Positions 1 to 11,210 of a stretch of DNA of 64,000 nt are shown piece by piece. Numbering within the stretch: position 1 is the first letter of the stretch; each line of letters opens with the position of its first letter. The notes under the pieces were generated by a model. That model did not search any database. It was not told where the DNA came from and worked only from the letters and a program-made list of their open reading frames with translations. Where the stretch lies: the NCBI GenBank assembly GCA_937625935.1, contig OW569345.1:248001-312000 (forward strand), written 5' to 3'. Both the position numbers and the translations under genes were made by a program. The DNA is from Tetramitus jugosus. Its lineage: Eukaryota; Protista; Heterolobosea.

Positions 1-1
1 G

Positions 2-2962
2 CACAAGGTACTATTCTTTAAACTTGGTGGATTTGCTTCCATTTCAAAGTCATTCGCTCGGCTGTTGAGAATGCCATTTAACGTCAACTCTCGCAATATG
101 TTCGAGCAAGTGTTTGACACTGGACTCAGACACAATGTCAACGCCTTTAAAAAGTTGTCATTCCTTGCGCTGTTTGATCAGGCATTTATGAGTAAGATGA
201 CACCCAGTTCGGAACCAAATATTCAAAATCGAATACAACTGTTCACAACATTTGTCATCGGAAATGTGTACAGCCACAAGGAAAAGGAGGTTCTAACATC
301 ATTTTTTGATGGCAAAGTTGAGGAGGGGGTCGAATTCTTCTCGTTCAACAAGCCGAGATCATCGGACGATGTTGGCCTACTGTATGTCATTGGTCATATT
401 ATCAGTATAGCAATTAACAATAAGGAGATCGATAATGGAATTTGGAGCATTCTGTTTAGCGAGCATGAGGACATCATCTCTAATTTATTCCTGCCCACAA
501 TGAATGATACTGATATTGACTTACTTTTTAACTCAACTCGTGGTCAGTGGTATCAATGCGAGAATGGACACCCCTATCTGGTTGATTTGTGTGGAGCACC
601 AATGGAGAAATCCTTCTGTCCTCAATGCGGTGCAGAGATTGGTGGAAGAGATCATAATTTACCAGATTCAAATTCTCGAGCAACTATCGAAAGAATCAAA
701 GGATACAAATATCATGGTTTGAATACTTACGCTGACATCCACTCAACGATTCGTGGTTTGTCTCCAGTGTCCTTCAGACTAATAAGAATCATCATTCACG
801 CTCTTTTGCTAGTGCGATATGCCAGTAACTCGGTTACAAATAATGAACACAATCGCACCACATATTTCCTCGATCACTTGAGGAGAGACTGGAGTGTATT
901 GCACAAGATAATCGGATACAACGAAGAAAAAATGGGAATTTTAGTGTTCCATATTCTAGAAACGTATGCGTATCATGCAGGAATCAAGTACAACAATTTG
1001 AGAGCTGAATGTCAAAATAAGAGAAGACCAATTCCAAACTCATTTGATTACTTGAGAACATTCAACGGGTGTGTGCTATGGGAGAGTGACTTCCAGTATA
1101 GTGTAAATCGAGTACTGGATAATGCAGAGCTGAAATTTAAGAGTTATTATGATGACCTGGGCAACAATAGTCAATTTATCCGTGTGATGAATAGCAACAA
1201 ACAAGCAACTATCTTGCCATTGAACTCCTATGAATCTGAATTCTGGTCATATTCACTTCCCAACAGCAATCAGTACATGCTCTTCAAGTCAGAGTTTATG
1301 CGTCACAAGGACAATGAACAACTGTATCCGCTATTATATTTGTTTTTGAAACATGAGAAGCAGTTGTATTCGACAAGATACATTGCTCATGTTGTAAAAT
1401 GGCAAAAGACATTGTGTTCATTTGCTAGTCGAAAGATTGATCAACATTATGCAAGGACTCAAACAGTTCGAAACATGATAGACCAGTTTCCTTCACAGAA
1501 GGAACGAAGAGAATTGGGACTAATATTTAATGGATTTGCCGCTGCGTTCAATTCTTCGATGAAGAATATTAGTCATTTCAAATGCCAACAAATTCCAAAG
1601 CAAATTCAAGAACTCAAGATGGGATTGGATGCACCACTTATTTATGGCATTCCATCTGAGGAAAATGAGAGTATTTGCTCTCTTGGTCTGCTTGAATGGC
1701 TCGTCCAGGTGCACAACAACATTGTATATCGTGTCAATGAGCTCATGACAAAGACATTGAAAACAGCAAAGAAACTGAGCAAGAGCAATGCTAACATTCG
1801 AATGGCAAGACACCTCCCTTCTAAAATATCCACAAAATATGTGTCACAACATCAATTGATCGTGTTTAACAAGGAGGAACTCGCGCGTGAGATTGAATCA
1901 GCAATCACTCATGACAATAACCAAAATGTGCGATATGACTTGGAAAGGATTGAACAGTTTATTTTCACCAGGTACATCAGTGGAAAGCCGCTGATTGATG
2001 TGGACCATGAAGAATTTGAATTTTTGGGATCACAGAGGTATGACATCAGCACAACTGAATTTAGTGGTCCGGTGATGAATTCTCCCATTCTTCTAGTCTC
2101 GAGTATGAGTCATAGAGTCATTGAATTGGGAAAATTTATACCACAGGAAGAAATATCAAACGAAATGAGAGAAACCATTGTGAACGATATCACAAATTTG
2201 GATCACAATGTTTCGTCACAAATGCAACTATGTTTGATGGCAGTAGAGGAGGTAATTAGCTTCCTGCAGGTGTTTATATCAGGAGCACAGCATGCACTTC
2301 AATACGACCATGGATGGCATCAGATGAGCTTGTGTTCTTACATTCGCGATGTATTGCTGGTTAGCGATTCAAATCTTTTGAAATCGCAAACAATTCGAGA
2401 CCATATTAAACTGAAACACCTGTCCAGTTTGTGGTCATTATTCGAATCGCAAGTGACGAGCAACCCTTTCTCCAGAGTGAACAATCGATATCGGAAGCAA
2501 TTGTCAGAACAGGAGAGGAAACAACTGCTTCAATTGAAGTCCAACTGCTCCAAATCTGATATCTCTCTGCTCGCAACCAGTTTCAAGAACTTTATGCTCG
2601 AGTATTTAACAGATGACACGATTAGTGCACAAGAGTCTCTCAAGATTGTTCTCGCTCACATACCAGTGATCGTCAAGAAGTCAGTTGCCACATCTGTGTC
2701 ACCCATGTCACCCCATCCCTCCAGTGTGACATCTGTCTTGAACATTTTTGATACGAACACTGCTTCCGCTCTCATGAACGAGCGAGAAAAGGTTGGTACT
2801 GGTGGAGGTGGGGACGACAACAACACAAACTCGTGGCAAACGATTGAAGTCGCCCTAGGTAACTTTACATGGTTCGAAGAGTACTTCCCTGTGGGATTAG
2901 AAGCCGCCAAAGCACTAGAAACGTATCATACACTCGCATCAGAAGCGTCATCCACCAAATAA
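2..2962 (+). CDS. RNF213 (mysterin)-like protein, C-terminal part with RZ-type zinc finger; 5' end lies upstream of the window
   Basis: Frame is open from base 2. RZ finger WYQCENGHPYLVDLCGAPMEKSFCPQCGAEIGGRDH is followed by RGLSPVSFRLIRIIIHALL, resembling the segment after the RZ finger in RNF213 (recalled). Confidence 0.8.
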   Translation, partial: HKVLFFKLGGFASISKSFARLLRMPFNVNSRNMFEQVFDTGLRHNVNAFKKLSFLALFDQAFMSKMTPSSEPNIQNRIQLFTTFVIGNVYSHKEKEVLTSFFDGKVEEGVEFFSFNKPRSSDDVGLLYVIGHIISIAINNKEIDNGIWSILFSEHEDIISNLFLPTMNDTDIDLLFNSTRGQWYQCENGHPYLVDLCGAPMEKSFCPQCGAEIGGRDHNLPDSNSRATIERIKGYKYHGLNTYADIHSTIRGLSPVSFRLIRIIIHALLLVRYASNSVTNNEHNRTTYFLDHLRRDWSVLHKIIGYNEEKMGILVFHILETYAYHAGIKYNNLRAECQNKRRPIPNSFDYLRTFNGCVLWESDFQYSVNRVLDNAELKFKSYYDDLGNNSQFIRVMNSNKQATILPLNSYESEFWSYSLPNSNQYMLFKSEFMRHKDNEQLYPLLYLFLKHEKQLYSTRYIAHVVKWQKTLCSFASRKIDQHYARTQTVRNMIDQFPSQKERRELGLIFNGFAAAFNSSMKNISHFKCQQIPKQIQELKMGLDAPLIYGIPSEENESICSLGLLEWLVQVHNNIVYRVNELMTKTLKTAKKLSKSNANIRMARHLPSKISTKYVSQHQLIVFNKEELAREIESAITHDNNQNVRYDLERIEQFIFTRYISGKPLIDVDHEEFEFLGSQRYDISTTEFSGPVMNSPILLVSSMSHRVIELGKFIPQEEISNEMRETIVNDITNLDHNVSSQMQLCLMAVEEVISFLQVFISGAQHALQYDHGWHQMSLCSYIRDVLLVSDSNLLKSQTIRDHIKLKHLSSLWSLFESQVTSNPFSRVNNRYRKQLSEQERKQLLQLKSNCSKSDISLLATSFKNFMLEYLTDDTISAQESLKIVLAHIPVIVKKSVATSVSPMSPHPSSVTSVLNIFDTNTASALMNEREKVGTGGGGDDNNTNSWQTIEVALGNFTWFEEYFPVGLEAAKALETYHTLASEASSTK

Positions 2963-3153
2963 ATTCAACACAAACATACCTTTGGTCCAAACTGTAGATC
3001 CGACTCTCAAAAGGGAAAAATTGTTGATTTTGGCCGACACAAAAAAAACAAAAGCCCCATAACAAAACACGCGCACATCATCACATCAAATTCTTCACAG
3101 AAAACCCTCTCTTGTTATTGTTATTGTTGTTGTTATTTGTAATCATTAATCCG

Positions 3154-5427
3154 ATGCAGTCATCATCATACACTGGAGATGTCATCACCAACTCCACCAA
3201 CAACAACTCCTCATTTCTCAGTCACAAGAGCGTCACTGAAATTCAAAACGATTGTTCTCATCACCTACCTCACCTCATTCAACAACTACACAATGAACGT
3301 CAACAATTCTGTACTCAAAACTATGAACAATTCATTCGTACACAGCACACACTCTCTGATTTGCGTTCATCACTCCTCTCTCTGCAACAACAGAATCAAA
3401 ATCAAGTTCAATCGTCTCATTTAACATCCATGCGTCACCAATTGACTCACATGAGTCAAGACGTGTCCATTGACTATCATGCAAACAAGCAACGCAACAC
3501 AATGGCACTCTCATGTGTCAATGAAATGAATCGAATCTTGGAAATTCCAAATTTGGTTGAACGGTGCATCAAGAGTGGCAATTGGAGTGAGGCATTGGAT
3601 TTGGATGACTGTACGAGACACATGGTGCGTCAGAATCATGATTTGGAGATTGTGAGTCGAGTGATTCGAAAACGAACGGAACAATTGATTTGTCAGAGCT
3701 TGCTCACTCGTTCTTCCACATTTTCAGAATTGACAAATGGTCACTCTAGTAGTGCTGTTGGAGGTCAAACAACAACAACAACGACGACTCATTTGTTGGA
3801 AAAATTGAGTTCAAAAGAGTGTAACAAGGTGCCCATGTGTCTCAAGATTGTTTCTCATATTCGACGGTTGCAACTGTGTCGATCGGAGCGTGAATTGAGA
3901 ACATTGTTCTTGCAGTGTCGATTGTCTCATGTTCAGAGTCGATTGTTGAACGTGGAGAAGGAGTTTGAGAAGAGAATCATGTCGAGTCACGCGTCCATGA
4001 TGATGATGAGAAGCATGACAAAGAATAATGCGAGTACGTCAATGACGACAACGACGATGTTGACCAATGCGAACCGAATGGGAGGACAACAGGAAAAGAA
4101 TCATTTGTTGAACATGATTGCAATGATGATGAAGATGGATAACAACAGTAGTAGTATCGGGAACAGTAGTATTAGTACGATTATGAATGTGAATAATGAA
4201 TCGTTGGCATATGAATTTTTGAGTCAATTGACGGATACGTTGAAAGTAGAGTCCTTTAATATGATTAGTCAGTATCATGCAGTGTTTCCTAACAAGTCGT
4301 CATCGTCACTATCCTCACTACTATCGAGTGCTTCATCGGACAATGTGGCTACCCCGACGAGTGCAACCAGTACAACGAGCAGTACGAGCTTTAGTAGTGT
4401 CATGAGCGGTGGTGGTATGGGTGGTAGTAGTAGTGCAAGTGGTGGTTCATTGAGTCAAATGTTGGATGATTCGAATGATGATATTCTCCCGTCATGTATA
4501 TTACATTTGATTGAACCCTATTTACAGACATTGTCCAGTTTTTTGTTTTATGGATTATCGATGGACGACGATGATAGTAAGACCACAAAACCGAAACATT
4601 ATGGCAATCCATTGAGTGGAGAACAAGTGGCAAAGCTCTTGGAAACATGCATGTACACGGGTGCAACATTGTCTCGTGTCGGTGCAGACTTTAGAGTGCT
4701 CATGGCTTCCATGTTCACAAAACGAGTGACAACTGAATGGACATTCCGATTAAGGCTGGCTCTCGAACAATTCCAGTCGAGAATGCAACAGTATGACCTG
4801 AATGCGCAGGCACACAAGAGCAACCTGCACCAACATGGCAGTAGCACAACTTCGACGCCATTATCTCCACAAGATGAACAAGTGCATTCAACAAGTTCCG
4901 ATTCGCACAACAATCCACCGCGCATACTCTTGCAGCATGAACCATTGGCCGAATTGTTAAATGCAGTGTTGACTGCGTTGAATGAATTGAGACAGTGCTG
5001 TCCCGTAAGTATCACCAAGACGGTGATGCATAGTATGAGAGATGACCTGTTGTTGCCCCTGTACGAGTATTTGATGGTGTTCCGGGATGACAAGACAAGA
5101 GAATGGAACAAATCAACAACCACCGATTCAAAGGAACTAACAATATTTAAGAACTTGTGCAAGTGCGTCTGCAGAGAATTTACCAATCATTTAGTTCAAT
5201 GCATGCAAAAGTTGTTTGTGGGAACAGATGCAGGAGGAACGATTGTGCCCAGAGAACAATGGAACAAACTGAATCAACAGGCTACTCAGGTGCCAGTGGT
5301 TGTTTCAAGTGCACCTACAACTACAACAACAATCACACCAACCACACCCAACACTGACCCGCTGTTGAACAAGCAGCCACAATCTGACCAACCACCACAG
5401 CAGTCGCCCTCAAAAACACACGAATAA
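3154..5427 (+). CDS. COG8: Conserved oligomeric Golgi complex subunit 8 (Dor1 family) with low-complexity inserts
   Basis: Motifs ILEIPNLVERCIKSGNWSEALDL, ELRTLFLQCR, LSRVGADFRVLM and PLAELLNAVLTALNELRQCCP; first ATG at 3154. Confidence 0.85.
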   Translation: MQSSSYTGDVITNSTNNNSSFLSHKSVTEIQNDCSHHLPHLIQQLHNERQQFCTQNYEQFIRTQHTLSDLRSSLLSLQQQNQNQVQSSHLTSMRHQLTHMSQDVSIDYHANKQRNTMALSCVNEMNRILEIPNLVERCIKSGNWSEALDLDDCTRHMVRQNHDLEIVSRVIRKRTEQLICQSLLTRSSTFSELTNGHSSSAVGGQTTTTTTTHLLEKLSSKECNKVPMCLKIVSHIRRLQLCRSERELRTLFLQCRLSHVQSRLLNVEKEFEKRIMSSHASMMMMRSMTKNNASTSMTTTTMLTNANRMGGQQEKNHLLNMIAMMMKMDNNSSSIGNSSISTIMNVNNESLAYEFLSQLTDTLKVESFNMISQYHAVFPNKSSSSLSSLLSSASSDNVATPTSATSTTSSTSFSSVMSGGGMGGSSSASGGSLSQMLDDSNDDILPSCILHLIEPYLQTLSSFLFYGLSMDDDDSKTTKPKHYGNPLSGEQVAKLLETCMYTGATLSRVGADFRVLMASMFTKRVTTEWTFRLRLALEQFQSRMQQYDLNAQAHKSNLHQHGSSTTSTPLSPQDEQVHSTSSDSHNNPPRILLQHEPLAELLNAVLTALNELRQCCPVSITKTVMHSMRDDLLLPLYEYLMVFRDDKTREWNKSTTTDSKELTIFKNLCKCVCREFTNHLVQCMQKLFVGTDAGGTIVPREQWNKLNQQATQVPVVVSSAPTTTTTITPTTPNTDPLLNKQPQSDQPPQQSPSKTHE

Positions 5428-5486
5428 AGGAAGACACACACAATAGAACAAGAATGGGAATGTAACACGCAGTGCATTTGATCTTA

Positions 5487-6464
5487 TCAATCAGAATCAG
5501 AATCTTCATTGTCATCATCATTGTCTTCATACTCAATCTGATCAAACTCTCCTTCTTCTTCTTCGCCATCATCATTCTCATCGTCATCATCACTCATTTG
5601 ATTCTCATCGCTATCATCACCACTCTCCTCGTCAGCATTCTCCTCTTCCTCTTCATCATCATCACTGTTGTTCTCCTGTTCCAACTGTTGTTTCAACAGT
5701 TTGAGTGCTCTCTTCTTTGCAAACATCTTTTGATTGGTCTCCTTGATCAATTCTTGCTTCTTCTTCAATAGGACTGCTTCTGCCAGTGCACGTGCTCTCG
5801 TCTCCTCTGCCTTCTTCTTCAAAATTGCCTTTTGATTCTCCTTTTCTTCCAACTTTTTCTTGATTTGATACATTTTCTTCACTTTGGTCGATGATGATCT
5901 CTCCACTTGTTTCGATGCTTGTTCGGCAATTGCGAGTTCAGCTCTTCTCGACTCTGAGAACTCCTTGTTGTTTTTGTTGTTGTTGTTGTTGTTGTGTTGA
6001 CTCGCGACATGTTGATTCTTCTTTGATATGTGACGATCATTCTTGTCATACTTGTCATTTTTATCGTACTTGGCATTTTTGTCATACTTGTTGGCCTTAT
6101 TGTTGTATTTGTTGGTGTTGTTATTGTTGCTCTTTTTAAAATCATGATTGTCACGAGATGATTTGACAAACTTGTTGTTATTGCTGCTCTTGTTATTTTG
6201 ATAACTCGATTTGGAAGCATTCATTTTTTGAGGTTTGGATATGCCCTTGCTGTTGAATGAATTCTTATTGTTGTTGTTGTTGCCTCTCGAAGATTCAAAC
6301 TTTTTGTTCCTTGATGCATCAAACTTTTTGTTGTTATTGTTGTTGTTGCTTCTCGAATCAAATTTTTTGTTGTTGTTGTTGCGTCCATCTTTTGAGGAAG
6401 GTCTCTTTTTTTGGTTCGTTTTGGCATCTGCATTGCCATGTTTACTTCGTCCGTATTGCACCAT
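5487..6464 (-). CDS. Low-complexity N/K-rich protein with coiled coil and acidic tail (possibly nucleolar)
   Basis: Long ORF; likely start MVQYGRSK at 6464; short KYDKN(A/D) repeats; D/E-rich C-terminus. Confidence 0.6.
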   Translation of the reverse strand: MVQYGRSKHGNADAKTNQKKRPSSKDGRNNNNKKFDSRSNNNNNNKKFDASRNKKFESSRGNNNNNKNSFNSKGISKPQKMNASKSSYQNNKSSNNNKFVKSSRDNHDFKKSNNNNTNKYNNKANKYDKNAKYDKNDKYDKNDRHISKKNQHVASQHNNNNNNKNNKEFSESRRAELAIAEQASKQVERSSSTKVKKMYQIKKKLEEKENQKAILKKKAEETRARALAEAVLLKKKQELIKETNQKMFAKKRALKLLKQQLEQENNSDDDEEEEENADEESGDDSDENQMSDDDDENDDGEEEEGEFDQIEYEDNDDDNEDSDSD

Positions 6465-6606
6465 CCTTTGTTTGATTAAAGTGTTGTTTGTTATTGTTTG
6501 GTGTTGTGTTGTTTTTTGGTGGTGAATTGCGATGTAGCGGAAAATGTTGAAGTTCAACGAGAAGAAGGAACTGTCGGAGAATGTGCATTTTTAAAGGAAG
6601 TGGTAT

Positions 6607-7837
6607 TTACTTTCTGAATGCACTTTGGATGAAGAGCACTTGTTGCCTGGTGTCTTCTGGCAAGCCTTCCAGTTGCTGTGGCGTTATGGCAAGCAATTGC
6701 TGCAAATCTTCAGGTTTCACATCCTGCAACACGTCTTGTAATCTTTGTTGTGCGCCTGGCATTGGTTGATTGGAGGCCACTGGTGGATAACCAGAGTAAA
6801 CGCTAGGCGGTGGCGATGTGGCCATTCTGGGTGGCATTCCCATTGGTGGAGAGACATTGGGTGGCATTCCCATGGGATGACCAACCATTCCACCGGATGG
6901 TGGCACCATGCCGTGAGGCGGTGGAACCATATTCCGAGGAGGCATTGCACCCATGTTGCCAGATGATGGTACAAATGGTACGTTTTGAGGTGGTACGAGA
7001 GGACCCTGTGCTTGTTGAGGTGGTTGTTGTTGGGTGAACGGTTGTTTCACCATTCCTAGTATATATTGAATATCGAGCATCACAATGGCAAGCGTTGGAT
7101 TTTGAGCAAATATTTGACGTGCCTTCTCCGGATTGGTCATCACAATGTGTTTCATTTGACTCACGACATCATACAGCTGAGACTTTGGAATCTTTTGCAG
7201 AATGCCCATGATGGAATCCGACTGTTGTTGTGAAGCCATGCGCATCATACCGCCACTTGGATTGGCACCACCTGTATTTACATTTTGGCCCATCATTGGA
7301 GGCATTGCACCAATGGGACCACCACCGCCACTACCACCACCACCACCACTCATTCCACCACCACCACCTGATATCGAACCTGCACTACCGCCAGTCATTC
7401 CCATGATATCATCATCAAAATCATCTCCTGGCATATTAATCTTATTGTTGTCTGCAAAGTCGACACGAAGCTTACGACCACTCAAATCTCGATCATTCAA
7501 ATTTCTCATTGCACTCATCGCAGATGCTTCGTCCTTGTATTCACAAAATGCGTAACCCTTGGGTTTTCCAGTGTCACGATCGTACACCATTCGAAAGTTG
7601 ACAATGGGACCGACTTCACTAAAAATTTGCTTTAGTTTTTCCTTGGACGAGTCATAGGCAATGTTTCCAACTGTGTGTGTAATCATAATTGTTTCATTCA
7701 AAAAATGAATCGCAAAAAAAAACAACAATATTGAGAGATCAGTGTTAGCTTTTGGGTTTTATAGGTGTGATAGATCGAAAAGAGATGTACGTACTGAACA
7801 CACAACGAGACGGTTGGCGATTTCTCTTGTCCATCAT
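6607..7837 (-). CDS. CSTF2: Cleavage stimulation factor 64 kDa subunit (Rna15/CstF-64), 2 exons
   Basis: Exon 1 7795-7837 and intron 7671-7794 (GTACGT...CAG) restore RRM start CVFIGNIAYD. RNP1 KGYAFCEY, hinge LYDVVSQMK...PEKARQIFAQNP, C-terminal QQLEGLPEDTRQQV. Confidence 0.9.
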
Positions 7838-7940
7838 TGATTTATATTTTTGATTTTGTGCAAGTTTGATAATCAAAAAGAACGACGCAAAAAAAAGTGG
7901 CAAATTTCACTTCTGAGAAGAAAAAACAGAAGTCGGATTT

Positions 7941-10784
7941 TTACATTCGGAGAAAATCATGACGAAGACAATCGTCAATGGACGGCCTGCGCTCAGGGTT
8001 CACTTCGATCATTCTCATGACCATGTGTTCGAATAGTTTCTCAACTCGATTGGTGTTTTGTTTGTTGGAAAAGGCACTTTTCAGTTGTTGTGTTGGGTTG
8101 TCACACATGTGAAATGGTCTACCAAAAGCAATCTCTGCCAGCACAATACCGAGCGAGTAGACGTCACACTTTGGTCCGTACAGAGCGTTTGGATCCTCAA
8201 CCTCAGGTGCCATATATCCTACGGTACCACATGGTTCCGTGATATTCTCCTTTGTATCCGCATAAATATAATCACCAGAAAAATCTGTTCTAAATGGTAC
8301 AGCGACACCAAAGTCGATGAGCCGAAGCTCGAACGGGAATTCTGGGTCATCTTGCAAATCTTCTTTCACAATGTTGTCTACTTTGATGTCCCTTAACAGG
8401 AACAAATTATCATGACAGTATTTGACCGTGGAAATTATCGTCTTGGCAAAGTGTCCAAGCATACTTAGATTGGCCAAGGATGATGCTGTTAGAATATCAT
8501 ACTTCACTGGAGAATACTTTGTCATAACAATATAATCGAATTCTTCACCTATAATCTTAATGGTTCCAAAGTCGTACAGTTCGATAATGTTGGGATGCTG
8601 TAAGTGCGTCAAGGCAAAGATTTCTTGACGTAGATTATAATCAAGCTTAACAATATACCTCCATTCCCTTGATCTGCTGCCTGATTTGCTAGCTTCGCAA
8701 ATGTAGGCATTTCCACCTGATGGAATCAGATTTTCAACTCTAAACGTATAGTGATTGCCAATTACTTCAAATGGAATCATTTCTTTTAGAAGTCCCTCTT
8801 TCCGCTCATGTTCAATATCTGTCTCAGATCTGAATGCAGCACTGCCTGATCGAGAATTATCTGGCTTGATAGTGTCTGCTGATCTTATCGAGTGCACAAC
8901 TCTTCTGCTGGTATCAGCATTCGCGTTTCTCAGCTTTGAATTTACTAGCGGAGAGTGTTTCCGATCGTCCTCAACTCTATTTACAATTTTGACCTTCTCT
9001 GGAGTGGCAAGCCTGATTGCTTTATCTGGTTTGCTTACCTTGCGGCGAGCTCTTCGAGAAGAACTTGCTTTTCGCCGCTTCTTCTTTGAACTCTTTCGCT
9101 TAGGAGCTGGTCCGTTTTCTTCTTCTTCTCCCGAGATGGATATTTGCATGTCGTCTTCACTGTCACTCTTTATGCTTGAGTGAGTAATTTCAGCTTCTTC
9201 TTCATCGTGTTCAATAAGCTCTCCATTGTCTTCATCCAGCATGACTACTAGATCATCCTCCTCCTCATTGTCATCGTCTTCAATTACAGAATGATTCCCT
9301 TCATCACTTACTGGAGACAACAAACGTTGTTGCTTATGTACTCTATCATCTACATGATCCATCTTTCTCTTTGATCTTTGCTTACCATTTACAGGCGAGT
9401 TATGTGATAATTGAATTTCGGATTGATTGTCAGAAGATGATGCCTTAATTGTCTTCATTGTTGATTGTTCTAATGTAACAACACTACTGTTTTTACGACC
9501 ACTATGACCAACATCCTTCTCGGCAACATGATTCTCATTGTCTTCTGAATCACTATTGGCTTCGTCTTCTGAGCTAAACACCAAACTAACTTCGCAATGA
9601 TCTCTCTCGTCTTCTTCTGGCGTGATGGGTGACAAATCCATCGGTGAAATCTCTCGTTTATGCTCGATCGATGGTGTTTTCTCAGTTTCTTCTGATTCTT
9701 GATCACCTTCAATTTCACATAGGAAATCATCTTCTTCGTCCTCTTCGTGAACGGTCGATAGCATTGGTTGATACTTTTTCTCGTTCGGCTTTGCTCCATT
9801 TTGTTGTTCTCGTGGAGTGACAGGTTGCGTATTCTGTTCTGCGCCTGATTTGTTCTCAGTCTCTGTCGTCTCGACCACTGCAACATTCAATACAACACTA
9901 TCATTGTTATTGCCTCGTACAGTGGTTTCTGTTTGATTCTCCATCGTTGTTTTTTGAGACGTTTGCGCTTGTTGTTCATCTTCCATTGCATTTTCTTGTT
10001 CTGAATCATTGTCCATATCGATCGTAATTTCACCAAAGTTGTCTTCATCATCATCATCATCATCATCGTCGTCATTGTTGTCGTGATCTTCTTCTTCTTC
10101 TTCACGTTCATCATGCGCCTCTTCACGTCGTGACTTTGATATTCGTTGTTGCGGTGATTGTTCTTGTTGTTGTTGATTAAAGTGCGACATGACAAAATCT
10201 CGAATCTTTGAAAAGGGAACCATTGGTATTCCAAGCTTTTGTAACCTTGCAAATGCAGCAGTGTATCGATAGTGCATTTCATTGTCTCCAGTAATACAAT
10301 AATCAGTGTTGTATGTGGGGCGATACCTTTGCACTGATGCATTTGGTATTATTGTTGGCCATAGCTCTGCAAATTGATCTTGCTTGATTTCGATGAATTT
10401 TCCAATTAAAAACACGGATTTGTCCTTGAATTTGTTCACAATGACATCATTCGTGTATCTATCATTATCATCATTATCAGTATTCTTATTATTGTTCTTG
10501 CAGTAATAATTGTCTGTTCGATTTATTGTATTCTTTGATATCATGTCATTGTTGTTTGAATCATGATGATGATGGTTATTGCTGTTGACGTTGGAATTGA
10601 TATTCATACTTGATGATACTTCATTTGTTGTTTCTGTTGTTGTTGTTGTTGATGGTGGTGGTGGTGGTAGTGGTAGTGATGTTGTTAATGATGAATGTGA
10701 TGATTTTGCAGCCATTGTAATTTTCATTGTCGTTGAGGGAGCTTGTCTGACAACGGTGATTGCATTGGGTCGTTTGAAACTCAT
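7941..10784 (-). CDS. Ser/Thr protein kinase with N-terminal BRCT-like domain and long acidic linker
   Basis: Kinase motifs IVKLD, HPNIIELYD, LRDIKVDN, IDFG, GTVGYMAPE, DVYSLG. FKDKSVFLIGKF...TDYCITG...KLGIPMVPFS resembles a BRCT domain. Confidence 0.85.
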   Translation of the reverse strand: MSFKRPNAITVVRQAPSTTMKITMAAKSSHSSLTTSLPLPPPPPSTTTTTETTNEVSSSMNINSNVNSNNHHHHDSNNNDMISKNTINRTDNYYCKNNNKNTDNDDNDRYTNDVIVNKFKDKSVFLIGKFIEIKQDQFAELWPTIIPNASVQRYRPTYNTDYCITGDNEMHYRYTAAFARLQKLGIPMVPFSKIRDFVMSHFNQQQQEQSPQQRISKSRREEAHDEREEEEEDHDNNDDDDDDDDDEDNFGEITIDMDNDSEQENAMEDEQQAQTSQKTTMENQTETTVRGNNNDSVVLNVAVVETTETENKSGAEQNTQPVTPREQQNGAKPNEKKYQPMLSTVHEEDEEDDFLCEIEGDQESEETEKTPSIEHKREISPMDLSPITPEEDERDHCEVSLVFSSEDEANSDSEDNENHVAEKDVGHSGRKNSSVVTLEQSTMKTIKASSSDNQSEIQLSHNSPVNGKQRSKRKMDHVDDRVHKQQRLLSPVSDEGNHSVIEDDDNEEEDDLVVMLDEDNGELIEHDEEEAEITHSSIKSDSEDDMQISISGEEEENGPAPKRKSSKKKRRKASSSRRARRKVSKPDKAIRLATPEKVKIVNRVEDDRKHSPLVNSKLRNANADTSRRVVHSIRSADTIKPDNSRSGSAAFRSETDIEHERKEGLLKEMIPFEVIGNHYTFRVENLIPSGGNAYICEASKSGSRSREWRYIVKLDYNLRQEIFALTHLQHPNIIELYDFGTIKIIGEEFDYIVMTKYSPVKYDILTASSLANLSMLGHFAKTIISTVKYCHDNLFLLRDIKVDNIVKEDLQDDPEFPFELRLIDFGVAVPFRTDFSGDYIYADTKENITEPCGTVGYMAPEVEDPNALYGPKCDVYSLGIVLAEIAFGRPFHMCDNPTQQLKSAFSNKQNTNRVEKLFEHMVMRMIEVNPERRPSIDDCLRHDFLRM

Positions 10785-10922
10785 CTTGGGAGGTTGGATT
10801 GTTGATGGTCAACGAGAGCGCTCGATACAAAAGTTCAGGTTGCCGATCGGTGATGATGAATGAATTTTTGTATCAACTTGTGGTTGCCGCACAAAAAGCG
10901 TTGGTTTTTGTCAAAAGAAAAT

Positions 10923-10938
10923 TTTTTGGCGCCAAAAA
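10923..10938. promoter_or_regulatory. Palindromic E2F-like site TTTTTGGCGCCAAAAA
   Basis: Perfect 16-bp palindrome matching TTTSSCGC on both strands, about 140 bp upstream of the BRCT-kinase ATG. Confidence 0.45.
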
Positions 10939-11210
10939 CGTCCAGATGGAAAGTTCAAGTTCCAGCTGTCACAAAGAAAAACACAGTGGGCGAAGCACTT
11001 GCATGGAGATCCGAGATATTCAAGACACTGGTTATTTGCAAAACTGGGTGCAAGTCAAGTTGGAAGAGAAGTAATCAGAGATGCTTTATGGTGAACAACC
11101 ACCATGAATCGAATTACGAGACTTGTTTGTGCTGGAGAGTGTGTTTATGTCGTGGTGAATGATCGGTGGGTGTTTATTCGCGGATCAAACACTGCGCAGT
11201 CAATTGACAA

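Noticed and set aside
5960-6380. Short repeated units as a CRISPR-like array
   Set aside because: They are coding microsatellites and KYDKN repeats; no repeat-spacer periodicity, no cas genes, eukaryotic context.
5472-6525. Hydrophobic and poly-Cys/Leu ORFs on the plus strand (similar ones at 57447, 10579, 63569)
   Set aside because: They are antisense shadows of trinucleotide repeats in real genes.
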